A DNA stretch of 64,000 nucleotides from an uncultured Candidatus Bathyarchaeia archaeon (GTDB lineage Archaea > Thermoproteota > Bathyarchaeia > Bathyarchaeales > Bathycorpusculaceae): NCBI GenBank assembly GCA_964527165.1, contig CAZGNE010000006.1, positions 1,601 to 65,600 on the forward strand, read 5' to 3'. Every line of letters starts with the position of its first letter. Within the stretch, counting starts at the first letter, position 1. Below are positions 18,514 through 27,551 of this stretch, piece after piece. Position numbers and translations under genes: made by a program. The notes below the pieces were generated by a model. It was not told the origin of the DNA and ran no database searches. It saw nothing but the letters and a program-made list of their open reading frames with translations.

Positions 18514-20571
18514 TTGTTTTTTCTGAAGTGTGTGACCTCGCGATCGACCCTGAAACATGGTGGCTTGAGGTTCATTAACTTGGTTGATCATTCTTTGCTT
18601 GCGTTTGGGGCGATACTATCGCCAATAATGGTAGCTCTCCTAGCCCATCTTGTAGCCAGAACTCCGAAAATTGGAAACGGTTTGGCGAAAGCCCTGTGCG
18701 TTACCACATCATATACTACACTTCTGATGATTCTTACAATAACTTACATAGTGGTGGAGAACGGCCCAATTGCGAATTCTTTTTCAATTACGCCGTTGCC
18801 CATTGGGGAACTTGCATTAGCCATATATGTTGATGAATTGGCGTTGATTCCCACGATTTTCTTCGCGTTATTTGCCTCTCTCGCAATTACCTATTCTGTC
18901 AAATATCTCAGTCCTGAAAATAGGTATCGCCCAGTTCCGAACACCTTTAACAAAGGCTTTTCTTTCATGTTGCTTTTCTTAGGCTCGCTAATAGGGTGTT
19001 GCTTTTCTAGTAACATGATAGCCTTCCTAATCTTCTGGGAGATGACAAGCATCTGTTCGTTCTTTCTCGTTGGCTTCTGGTATGAAGACTTGAAATGCAG
19101 AGCAGCTGCCTTCAAAACCTTTATCCTGTTGCACATTGGCACATTTGGCTTATTGATGGGGGCAATAGCAATCTACCCAGTTGTTGGAACGTGGGAAATT
19201 CACAGTTGGAGCCAGAACCTTCTTGAACATCCAGTATTACCCATAGTAATTCTGTTGTTTTTCATCGGAATTCTGCCAAAGGCTGTTCAATTTCCCTTTC
19301 ACACATGGCTTCCAGATGCGACCGTCACAGCAACTCCCATAACAGTCTATGTTCACGCTGGCTTTCTACTGGGTTTATATGCTCTTCCCAGGTTTTTCGG
19401 TCAAATCTTCGCTCCCTACATTAACACAACGCAAATGCTGCCTTTTCTACCGTCCTTGCTCTTCGGCAATATTAGCATATGGACATTTATTATATCCTTC
19501 ACAGGCGCCCTAACCTCAGTAATAGCACCATTTTTCGGGTTACTAGAAAATGAGAGTAAAAGAGTTGTAGCATACTGCCACGTTTCCGCACTTGGAAGCA
19601 CAGTAATGACCCTTGGGTTTGCCACGCCCCTAGGAATCGCTGCTGGTTTACTCGGCATGGTCTACCATGTTCTTTTCATCGCGCTCATCTTTCTCGCCGT
19701 AGGCGGGGTGATATTTCAAGTTGGAAAAACCTCAATGAACTCAATGGGTGGATTAGGCAACCACATGCCCATCACGGCTGCCAATGGAGTTCTAGGAGCC
19801 CTTTCCATGGCCGGTTTTCCCTTTCTTGGCTATTTTACAGCCATGTGGCTTGGAATTCACGCCGCATTGGAACTAAACGCCCCGATATTTGTCATCCTAC
19901 TCTTGTTCAGCTCTGTTTTAAAAACTGCGGCTATCTTGAGGATGACAAACACAGTCTTCTTTGGCAAAGCCGTTAAATATAAAAGGAAAATAGTTGAATC
20001 CCATACCTTAATGCTGGTTCCGATGCTGCTTCTTTCAGCATGTCTTCTTGTCTTCGGAGCTTTTCCCCAGCTGTTACTCAATTATCTCGCAATACCGGCG
20101 ATAAGCCGCTTACAACCCGGATCGAGTTCACAATTAGCCTTAATGCCCAGTGACATCATCACAGAATCAGGCTTCTGGAATCCATTCTGGGCTACATTTG
20201 CATTCTTATTCTACCTGGTTCTGATAATCGCTGGAATTTATGTAACATCAAAAAGGAGTGTTGCTCGCATAGAGAGAGTCTACATCAAAGAAGACGAGGT
20301 CTTTAAACCTTTTCTCTGTGGAGAAGATGTCCACTTGCTGGATGGCGCATGCGCTTACCACTTTTACCATACGCTCACAAGCGTGTTAAGAATCGAGGCT
20401 ATGTGTCGTGCATTTGATATTGACCGCTTGTACAATGCATCATCTGAGGTTTTCTTCAATTTTTGTAGAAAACTACTTCACTTAGACATACAGCAAAAGT
20501 ATTTTCCGGCAATCCTATCATTCATATTGGGAGCAGTAATCGTTGTGATAATCGCGATTCTAGGAGGTTAA
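18514..20571 (+). CDS. hydrogenase membrane subunit, NuoL/HyfB/MrpA-like antiporter module
   Basis: 685-aa polytopic ORF with HTWLPDATVTATP and the overall NuoL-like pattern. The TTG start is uncertain. Confidence 0.8.
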   Translation: MFFLKCVTSRSTLKHGGLRFINLVDHSLLAFGAILSPIMVALLAHLVARTPKIGNGLAKALCVTTSYTTLLMILTITYIVVENGPIANSFSITPLPIGELALAIYVDELALIPTIFFALFASLAITYSVKYLSPENRYRPVPNTFNKGFSFMLLFLGSLIGCCFSSNMIAFLIFWEMTSICSFFLVGFWYEDLKCRAAAFKTFILLHIGTFGLLMGAIAIYPVVGTWEIHSWSQNLLEHPVLPIVILLFFIGILPKAVQFPFHTWLPDATVTATPITVYVHAGFLLGLYALPRFFGQIFAPYINTTQMLPFLPSLLFGNISIWTFIISFTGALTSVIAPFFGLLENESKRVVAYCHVSALGSTVMTLGFATPLGIAAGLLGMVYHVLFIALIFLAVGGVIFQVGKTSMNSMGGLGNHMPITAANGVLGALSMAGFPFLGYFTAMWLGIHAALELNAPIFVILLLFSSVLKTAAILRMTNTVFFGKAVKYKRKIVESHTLMLVPMLLLSACLLVFGAFPQLLLNYLAIPAISRLQPGSSSQLALMPSDIITESGFWNPFWATFAFLFYLVLIIAGIYVTSKRSVARIERVYIKEDEVFKPFLCGEDVHLLDGACAYHFYHTLTSVLRIEAMCRAFDIDRLYNASSEVFFNFCRKLLHLDIQQKYFPAILSFILGAVIVVIIAILGG

Positions 20572-20574
20572 CTA

Positions 20575-21219
20575 GTGGAGATAACAGTCTTAATAGCATT
20601 GATAGCTGCGGTGTTCGCCACTACTTTAGGATGTTTCGCAAGAAATACACGACAAGCTGTTATTTTTCTCTCAATGCAAGCCATGGCTATAGGCTCCGTA
20701 GAACTAATGCAATGCGTCATCAACCTTCTAGTAGGTTTGCATCCCGAAGCCCTTATGGACTTTTTCACTTCATTTGCAGAATGGTTTTCTGCCGCGGTGT
20801 TGATTCCATTGATCATTTATTGGGGATTGACAAAAACCGAAAATGTGGTTGATAAACCGCTTCTCGGCGGTTGGAAAATCGCAGCCGCAATCACTACAGC
20901 TTCTGTTGTATACATGGCTTTATGGGTTTTCCCATTAGTTGAGATTCCTGCGAAAATCAGTCCCATTCACTTTAGCATGCTTATGTTTTCAATCTCAATC
21001 TTACTTATGGTTACTCGGGACGACCCCTTGAAAATTCTTGTGGGACTCAATATGGCTGAAAATGCCCTTTACCCTCTGTTTGCTAAGAGCCCAGTAGTAG
21101 TAATTCCATTTATCCTCACTTTAATGGTTTTCGTAACAGCCGTAGGTGTTTACATAGTCACAGAAGCTTACCGTGATTATGGAACAATGTCGATTAGAGA
21201 ATGGAGGTGGATAGATTAA
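20575..21219 (+). CDS. hydrogenase membrane subunit, HyfE-like
   Basis: 214-aa hydrophobic ORF. GGAGG SD upstream. Size and position between two antiporter-like subunits match HyfE. Confidence 0.6.
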   Translation: MEITVLIALIAAVFATTLGCFARNTRQAVIFLSMQAMAIGSVELMQCVINLLVGLHPEALMDFFTSFAEWFSAAVLIPLIIYWGLTKTENVVDKPLLGGWKIAAAITTASVVYMALWVFPLVEIPAKISPIHFSMLMFSISILLMVTRDDPLKILVGLNMAENALYPLFAKSPVVVIPFILTLMVFVTAVGVYIVTEAYRDYGTMSIREWRWID

Positions 21220-22682
21220 TGTACTCGCTGCTTCCGCTTCTGTCTCTGGTAATTCCCATTTTTACCGGAGTCTTGTGCTTATTCACAAACTTTTTCAAGT
21301 TTCTAGAATCATTCGCCACGAAAGCCGCAAAAATATCGTTGCTTCTTGGCATTAGTTTGACACTAATAGCAGTAATGTCCATGCTTCCATATGCTGCTTC
21401 TGGAGAGATTTTGGAAACCCCAAGTCTTCATCTGAGAGCCGATTTAACAAACATAGCCGGCATGGCAGGCGTGGTTTTGATTTTCTTTTTGACCGCGATT
21501 TACAATATCAAAGCTGAAAGGGGTGGTCGATTAAAACCTGGCGTATACAACTTTTTCTTATTGCTTTTTCTTGCTTGTATGCTAGGACTTCTGCTCGCTG
21601 ATGACTTGTTCCTCATATTTCTCTTTGTAGAACTAGTCATTGGCGTTTCTGTAATATTGGTCGCTCATAATCCAAGCAAGTTGTCAACAGAGGCAGCGTT
21701 CAAATATTTGATAATCACCGCAATAAGTGCCCTCTTTGTTTTACTGGGAACGTTGATAGTATTCTTCTTGACAGGCGAATCGAATATTTTGACTATACTC
21801 GGCAGTGAAGAGATAAAAGCGCGATTAGTTGAGAATTCGCATTGGCTTATGTTAGCTGTTGCCTGCTTCGTAATCGGTCTAGGTGCAGATATAGGAATAG
21901 TTCCTTTTCACGGATGGTTGCCAGACGTATTTCCCGGATCCACCATAATCATTAACGGTTTCTTCTGTGCAGAGCCCATTGGCTTGATCTTTGCTCTTTA
22001 CAAGATTGCTGACTTCTTCTTTGTAATCTATCGTTCTGACGTTATTGTTCTGTTGATGATAAGCGTGGGGTTGATTTCGATGATATTTGGTGCTTTGATG
22101 GCTTATCCGCAGAAGAACTTCTATCGAATGTTAGCGTATTGCAGCATAGAGGAATATGGACACATAATCTTTGCCTTAAGCTTGTTTTCCTCACAGTTGG
22201 GTTTTATTGCTGGACAATATTATCTTGTAAACAGTGCATTGATGAAAACAGGGCTGATTCTATGCTTGGGTTCGGTATACTTTAGCACTGGAACAAGTAA
22301 CATGGATTTGCTGGGCGGCTTGCTTGGAAAAATGAACAAGACCGGATTGAGCTACGTTGTTTGTGGGCTTTCGTTGGCTGGTGTTCCGCCGTTTAGCGGT
22401 TTCTATGCAAAATGGCTTCTTTATAGTGCTGTTTACGATTTTCTTGGAGACGTAACTTTGGCGACTTTAGCCTTAGTATTGCTTATTTGTGTGGCAATGA
22501 TCTCATTTGTATTTTTAATCCGTTCATTCCATCGAATCTTTATGGGTCCAACACCTGAGAACTTGAAAGAAGTTAATGAGGTTCACTTTGCAATGTGGCT
22601 TCCAACAATAATTCTGGCAATTGTAGCTGTTTTGCTGGGATTCCAACCGAATATTCTACTCAGTCTAATAGGCGCTACCTAG
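21201..22682 (+). CDS. hydrogenase membrane subunit, NuoN/NuoM/HyfF-like antiporter module
   Basis: 493-aa polytopic ORF with FHGWLPDVFPGS. The likelier start is the ATG at 21219, forming a TAATG overlap with the upstream stop. Confidence 0.8.
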   Translation: MEVDRLMYSLLPLLSLVIPIFTGVLCLFTNFFKFLESFATKAAKISLLLGISLTLIAVMSMLPYAASGEILETPSLHLRADLTNIAGMAGVVLIFFLTAIYNIKAERGGRLKPGVYNFFLLLFLACMLGLLLADDLFLIFLFVELVIGVSVILVAHNPSKLSTEAAFKYLIITAISALFVLLGTLIVFFLTGESNILTILGSEEIKARLVENSHWLMLAVACFVIGLGADIGIVPFHGWLPDVFPGSTIIINGFFCAEPIGLIFALYKIADFFFVIYRSDVIVLLMISVGLISMIFGALMAYPQKNFYRMLAYCSIEEYGHIIFALSLFSSQLGFIAGQYYLVNSALMKTGLILCLGSVYFSTGTSNMDLLGGLLGKMNKTGLSYVVCGLSLAGVPPFSGFYAKWLLYSAVYDFLGDVTLATLALVLLICVAMISFVFLIRSFHRIFMGPTPENLKEVNEVHFAMWLPTIILAIVAVLLGFQPNILLSLIGAT

Positions 22683-23173
22683 CCCTCTCTACCCCTGTGG
22701 AAAAACCATTCTTTTGACCTTATTCCAAGTCCAAGGTCTATTGTTAATCGCTCCAATAATTGCTGTATTGCATAGCCGCTGCTGCTTATGAGCTTAATCA
22801 TCTGGTATTCAGCTGTATTGACCGAGTATTGCTCTCCTTCTTCTGTTCCAGCAACAATGTCTTCTTTCAGAACTACATCCCCCAATGTGTAGACGCTGAT
22901 TCTAGCGTCCATATAGTTTCCTTCATAAATCTTGAGGGAAGATAGCTTTCTTTCAATCTCTTCTGAAACTGAAGGAGCACATGTGTCTCCTCCAGAAGAA
23001 GCTTTCCCATTTTTTGCCGGAAGCAGCTTCTTAAGTTCAGACACTTTGTATTCTTTCTCCTCCATCTTTCTGAACCCGTATTTTTCTGTCAGAAATTCTT
23101 CTAATGATCGAAATTCAGGATGACGATAAACAATGTCCTTTAGTACTAAAACGGCTATTTCATCCAGATGCAA
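22679..23173 (-). CDS. hypothetical soluble protein at the convergence point of the two hydrogenase operons
   Basis: 164-aa ORF downstream of the ferredoxin subunit. Tail-to-tail 4-nt overlap with the HyfF-like gene. No motif recognised. Confidence 0.5.
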   Translation of the reverse strand: MHLDEIAVLVLKDIVYRHPEFRSLEEFLTEKYGFRKMEEKEYKVSELKKLLPAKNGKASSGGDTCAPSVSEEIERKLSSLKIYEGNYMDARISVYTLGDVVLKEDIVAGTEEGEQYSVNTAEYQMIKLISSSGYAIQQLLERLTIDLGLGIRSKEWFFHRGREG

Positions 23174-23226
23174 TGATAAATGCTCACCTTCTTCTCTCTA
23201 ATGAAGTCGCCCATCTTTAATAAATC

Positions 23227-23550
23227 TTATTTGGTAACCAGCTCCTCCTTTTCAGAGATCACCATCTCAAAGCTTAAGCTGAATTTGATGGCTTCTTTTG
23301 GGCATATCTGAACACATTGTCCGCAAAACATGCATCGCGATAAGTCAAATGTTACTTTTTTTTCTTCAGTAGATGTGATCGTGCCACTTGGACATGTTTT
23401 GATGCATAGAAGGCAGCCTATACAAGCTTCTTTGTCGTAGACTATTTTGCCCCTATAACGTTCGGATGGAGGAACCATTTCTCCAGGCTTAGTTAAGTAC
23501 TGAACAGTAACTGGCTTATGGAATAATGCTCGCAATGCATCGCGAATCAT
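23227..23550 (-). CDS. hydrogenase 2x[4Fe-4S] ferredoxin subunit (NuoI/HyfH-like)
   Basis: Two CxxCxxCxxxCP motifs (CIGCLLCIKTCP, CMFCGQCVQICP). Start trimmed to the ATG at 23550 (MIRDALR...), which is preceded by GGAGGAG. The upstream part of the 168-aa track ORF overlaps the NuoH-like gene. Confidence 0.85.
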   Translation of the reverse strand: MIRDALRALFHKPVTVQYLTKPGEMVPPSERYRGKIVYDKEACIGCLLCIKTCPSGTITSTEEKKVTFDLSRCMFCGQCVQICPKEAIKFSLSFEMVISEKEELVTK

Positions 23551-23576
23551 ATTTCCTAACTTCAAGCATTCTCCTC

Positions 23577-24527
23577 CTATAATCCCACAAAAGATAGCGC
23601 TAATGACAGCAGCGATAAGACAAGTGGAATTGTCCAATAGAATTTGAAGGCTTGCCCTATTTTCAGTCTGGCGAAAATTGTGCGGGGAACGGTAATCGTG
23701 ACTAACATGAACATTAAGGCAGTTAATAAGCATAGAGGCAAAGCCAATCCTAACCCTGACGAAGAATAGCCTTCAAAAAAAGTTGGCAGATAGAAGAAAA
23801 GGGTAGCTGCTAGAAAAGTTAAAGCAAAACTTGACGCTGCTTTAGCCAACTTTATAAGCGCCAAATATGCTCCTCCATACTCGATTAAGGTACCATGTGC
23901 AATTTCCGTTTTGGCTTCAGAAACATCAAAGGGAATCACGCCAGCCGCTGCAGGTATGCATAGCAAGAAGGCAACCGCTGCCACCAAGATGCTGGGGTTG
24001 GTGAATGCCGAGAGCATTTTTGCCTCTACTTGAAACGAAACAATGTTCCAGAATGCCAATGATAAGCCGGTTTTTAGAGAGAGCGTTATGATCGTTATGA
24101 GCAATGGTACTTCGTAAGCGATAACCATGGTCATTTTTCTTGAAAAGCCTACCGCTCCGTAGGGGTTGCCTGAAGCTGAGCCTCCTATCATGATCATGAT
24201 AGGATACATGGCTAACAGATACAAAACTAAGATCAGGTCGCCGGCGATGCTTGTTCCTGTAATCAAATTGGCTAACGGAATGGTTGCTGCAAGCATTGCG
24301 CAGACAGCAGCTGCAATACTGGCGGCAACAAAGATTGTTGGAGTTGCTGTTTCCGGAATTATTCTCTCTTTGTTGAAAAGTTTGATAAAATCGTAGAATG
24401 GCTGAATAATCGGAGGCCCAATTCTGCTCTGCATTCGTGCGTGGATTTTTCTGTCGATTCCCTCAAAAAGGAGGCTTATGACAAATACCATGGGAAACAT
24501 CAGTAAGGGTGCGAGTACTCCAATCAT
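23577..24527 (-). CDS. hydrogenase membrane subunit NuoH/HyfC/HycD-like
   Basis: 316-aa polytopic ORF with N-terminal EGIDRKIHARMQSRIGPP, typical of the NuoH family. Confidence 0.85.
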   Translation of the reverse strand: MIGVLAPLLMFPMVFVISLLFEGIDRKIHARMQSRIGPPIIQPFYDFIKLFNKERIIPETATPTIFVAASIAAAVCAMLAATIPLANLITGTSIAGDLILVLYLLAMYPIMIMIGGSASGNPYGAVGFSRKMTMVIAYEVPLLITIITLSLKTGLSLAFWNIVSFQVEAKMLSAFTNPSILVAAVAFLLCIPAAAGVIPFDVSEAKTEIAHGTLIEYGGAYLALIKLAKAASSFALTFLAATLFFYLPTFFEGYSSSGLGLALPLCLLTALMFMLVTITVPRTIFARLKIGQAFKFYWTIPLVLSLLSLALSFVGL

Positions 24528-24538
24528 TTTTTCTTTCC

Positions 24539-25744
24539 TCAGTGCAGCAGTTTTTCAAGTTCCAAGATTTTTGTTTCTTTCGTGGTTCTATCGATGACTG
24601 TAATACGATTAGTGCAACTGAGGCATGGGTCAATTGAAGCAACGACCACAGGTATGTCTGCAATCTCGTTGCCTATCAGCATTGGCTTCAATGTGAGCAC
24701 GTTAGCATGTGTAGGAGTTCTTATCTTTAACCGCTGTAATCCTTCTTTTCCATTGGTCTTCACAAAATGCAACAGTTCTCCACGAGGAGCTTCTACAAGC
24801 GAAACTGTTTCGTTTTCTGGAATTTTCCTCATGACTTTGAGAATATTCTCTTCTAGGGCTATGGGACCGCTTGGTAACTGGTCCAAAATTCTGCGGATTA
24901 TGTTAACCGACTCGGAAAGTTCCAATATCCGCACCTCTGTTCTCGAGTATGCATCTGCACCATCTTTAGAAACCACTGAGAAGTCATCTTTCAACAGATC
25001 ATAAGCAGCGTATGGGTGGTCTCTCCTTACATCCATGTTTATTCCAGAGCCGCGAGCTGTGGGACCTACGGCACAGAGTTCTCTGGCTTTCTCATTAGTA
25101 AGCACACCCACTCTGCATAGCCTTTTCTCGATGGTTTTATCTTGAAATACTTCATTAACATGTTTTACGGATTTCTCTATATTCTTCAGCGTAGTATCGA
25201 GTTTTTCAGTTTGTTGGGATGTTAAGTCCCAGCGAACTCCACCGATCGTATTCATTGAGTGGTGAACACGGTTGCCTGTGATTTCTTCGAAAAGATCGAG
25301 AACACCTTCTCTCACATGCCAAACAGACATAAAAAGAGTGTCAAATCCAACTTCGTAAGCCATGAGTCCGAGCAACAACAGGTGGCTGTGTATGCGTTCT
25401 AGCTCAAAGATTAGAGTTCTGAGGTATAATGCGCGGTCTGGGAGTTTTACTTCGCCGATTTCCTCTAGAGCCTGTGCGAAACATGTAGTGTGGCTGTGAG
25501 AGCAGATTCCGCAGATTCGTTCAACCAAATATAATGTTTGCACCAGATTTCGTTTCTCAGCTAATGCTTCTATTCCTCTATGGACATGTCCAAGCCTTAT
25601 TTCAACATCAAGAATCTCCTCTCTTTGAACAGTAACTCTGAACCCTACAGGTTCTTTAAGTGCAGGGTGCACAGGACCAAATGGCACGCGCAGCCGAGTA
25701 TAATCCACATCAACTTCTTTCAGATCGTCTGCCTTGTCTGTCAT
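24539..25744 (-). CDS. group-4 [NiFe] hydrogenase large subunit (NuoD-like, Ni-binding cysteines intact)
   Basis: 401-aa ORF. N-terminal RICGICSHSH and C-terminal DPCLSCTNR NiFe-ligand motifs. About 21 aa follow the C-terminal motif. Confidence 0.9.
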   Translation of the reverse strand: MTDKADDLKEVDVDYTRLRVPFGPVHPALKEPVGFRVTVQREEILDVEIRLGHVHRGIEALAEKRNLVQTLYLVERICGICSHSHTTCFAQALEEIGEVKLPDRALYLRTLIFELERIHSHLLLLGLMAYEVGFDTLFMSVWHVREGVLDLFEEITGNRVHHSMNTIGGVRWDLTSQQTEKLDTTLKNIEKSVKHVNEVFQDKTIEKRLCRVGVLTNEKARELCAVGPTARGSGINMDVRRDHPYAAYDLLKDDFSVVSKDGADAYSRTEVRILELSESVNIIRRILDQLPSGPIALEENILKVMRKIPENETVSLVEAPRGELLHFVKTNGKEGLQRLKIRTPTHANVLTLKPMLIGNEIADIPVVVASIDPCLSCTNRITVIDRTTKETKILELEKLLH

Positions 25745-25750
25745 GTATGA

Positions 25751-26194
25751 TCACCCAAACTTCATCTTCACAGCTGTAACAACACCTCTAACAATCGCTT
25801 CTGGTCTTGGAGCACATCCAACTACATAAGCATCAACCGGGATTATTTTGTCCATGGGACCTTCAATCATCTCGCTGCCTATGAAGGGAGCTCCAGAGGT
25901 TGCGCATGTTCCTACAGCGACAACAGCTTTGGGTTCAGGCACCTGTTCGTAAACCCTTATGATTCGTGGAAGCATTTGGCGGGTGACGGGTCCGGTAATT
26001 AGCAGAACATCGGCGTGTCGAGGGGACCCCACAAGTAGGCATCCAAGACGTTCAACATCGTATCGAGGAGTTAAAGTTGCCACTATTTCTATGTCACAAC
26101 CATTACATGATCCGCTGTTTAAATGGAAAAGCCACGGGGATTTCATTCGACTTAGCTTAACAACATTCATGTTGCTTTTCACTTTTGTCTTCAA
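25751..26194 (-). CDS. group-4 [NiFe] hydrogenase small subunit (NuoB-like)
   Basis: 147-aa ORF with CNGCDIE, GTCATSG and GCAPRPE, the cysteines of the proximal cluster. Confidence 0.9.
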   Translation of the reverse strand: MKTKVKSNMNVVKLSRMKSPWLFHLNSGSCNGCDIEIVATLTPRYDVERLGCLLVGSPRHADVLLITGPVTRQMLPRIIRVYEQVPEPKAVVAVGTCATSGAPFIGSEMIEGPMDKIIPVDAYVVGCAPRPEAIVRGVVTAVKMKFG

Positions 26195-26718
26195 ATTTCT
26201 CTTTGTAACGTTGAATCTCCGACTGTATTATTGTTTCTGCTGCTTTCACGTTCTTCCATCCTTTGATCTTAACCCATTTTTTAGGTTCAAGTTTTTTGTA
26301 ATGAAGGAAGAAATCGGCAATTTCAGCTCTCAAATGTTGGGCAATATCCCTCACATCAGTAACCTCTTGAAATCTGGGATCGCTGATAGGAACTCCTAAG
26401 ATCTTACTATCTTCCCCATTTTCATCTTCAGTTGTGAGCACGCCAATTGGTCGAACAGTCACCATGCAGCCAGTAAACGTAGGCTTTGGTCAACACCAAA
26501 ATATCTGCTGGATCTTCGTCAATGGACCATGTTCTCGGTATTATGCCATGATCACCTGGATAATAAAGTGCGGAGTACAATACGCGATCCAGGAAAAAAG
26601 CTCCTGTTCCACAGTCAAATTCATATTTATTGCTGCAGCCGTTAGGCACTTCCACTATTGTGTAAATCCTGCGGGGTGGATTTGGTCCAGAAGGAAGCTC
26701 TTTCCACAAGTTCGTCAT
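26157..26718 (-). pseudogene. ppa: family I inorganic pyrophosphatase interrupted by a 1-nt frameshift
   Basis: N-terminal frame: ...VEVPNGCSNKYEFD...YPGDHGIIPRTWSIDEDPADILVLTK. C-terminal frame: PTFTGCMVTVRPIGVLTTEDENGEDSKILGVPISDPRF...FFLHYKKLEPKKWVKIKGW. The frames join only if one A of the AAA run (plus-strand TTT at 26485-26487) is removed. Confidence 0.8.
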
Positions 26719-26871
26719 TTTGCATCATCATTGCATTTCTTTTTGCTGGTTTGCGTGACCGATAAATATAATTGATCGTTTATAAATATACCCAAAAATT
26801 AAAGAAATTGTGTTGCGAAATTATTATAAGCAGATGCTTAAAAGTGCTATATACCTTAAGAAAGTGGAAGT

Positions 26872-27159
26872 GTGAACTTGAAAGAAATGGTAGTAAAAGG
26901 CCAGCAAGCCTTAAAAGTCGCTGATGCTATTACTTCTGCAAACTTCAAGATCTTGCAATTGGTTTCCAAAGAACGCCTAGACGTTTCAATGATTGCTGAA
27001 CGATTGAAGTTTAGTGAGGCCTACATAAGCGAACAAGTACGTCTCTTGGAAGAATTGAAACTGATTAAAACAAGTTATGAGAAGGGCATAAGAGGGGTTC
27101 GAAAGATGTGTGAATTGGCAGTTAAGAAAATTACCATTTTAATAGTTCCAGAAGGATAA
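26872..27159 (+). CDS. small ArsR-like wHTH regulator (paralog 1)
   Basis: 95-aa ORF. FKILQLVSKERLDVSMIAERLKFSEAYISEQVRLLEELKLIKTSYEKGIRGVRKMCEL is clearly paralogous to 30082..30360. TTTATAAATATA box at 26779-26790. Confidence 0.75.
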   Translation: MNLKEMVVKGQQALKVADAITSANFKILQLVSKERLDVSMIAERLKFSEAYISEQVRLLEELKLIKTSYEKGIRGVRKMCELAVKKITILIVPEG

Positions 27160-27551
27160 TCAGACGCGAAATCGACCAATGATTTAAAAATGACGCTGGA
27201 TGGAACATCAGAAATCAGAGCAAATCTCTCGTCACGTCTTGAACAGAAGAAAAGGGAGATCTGTTTACTTGGTTCTGATTTGTCTTTGAGTTTAGGGATT
27301 TTTTGCTCCTACGGGACTTAGGTCTCCAACTACTGCTACAATGGTCACTGGCAGCAAGGTTTCTGCATAAGCCTAGAAAGGTTTGCTGTAGCCAAGCTAT
27401 CCCTTGGTCCACGGGTAAGGTAACGCGGAGATGCGTAATCTGTAGTGATGGTAACGCCCAGCTTCTACACGTGGAATGTTGTTAATCAAACGAGCATCGG
27501 CGCCTTCTGCATTTTCTCCGAGAAATACGTTTACACTTATCCTTTTCACGC

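Noticed and set aside
23551-23733. N-terminal 61 codons of the 168-aa ferredoxin track ORF.
   Set aside because: This part overlaps the 3' end of the NuoH-like gene and has a non-protein-like sequence. An ATG with a GGAGG SD at 23550 gives a normal 107-aa 2x[4Fe-4S] subunit.
26157-26465. Treating 26157..26465 and 26428..26718 as two separate small genes.
   Set aside because: Together they reconstruct a single family I pyrophosphatase once one A is removed. Neither half is a known stand-alone protein.
27215-27485. ORFs 27215..27412 (-) and 27303..27485 (+) downstream of the first wHTH paralog.
   Set aside because: Neither has a protein-like composition. The region carries only a faint glycosyltransferase C-terminal trace (27472-27519) and is more likely decayed sequence. 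The trace itself rests on only ~65% nucleotide similarity by eye, so it is not listed as a feature.
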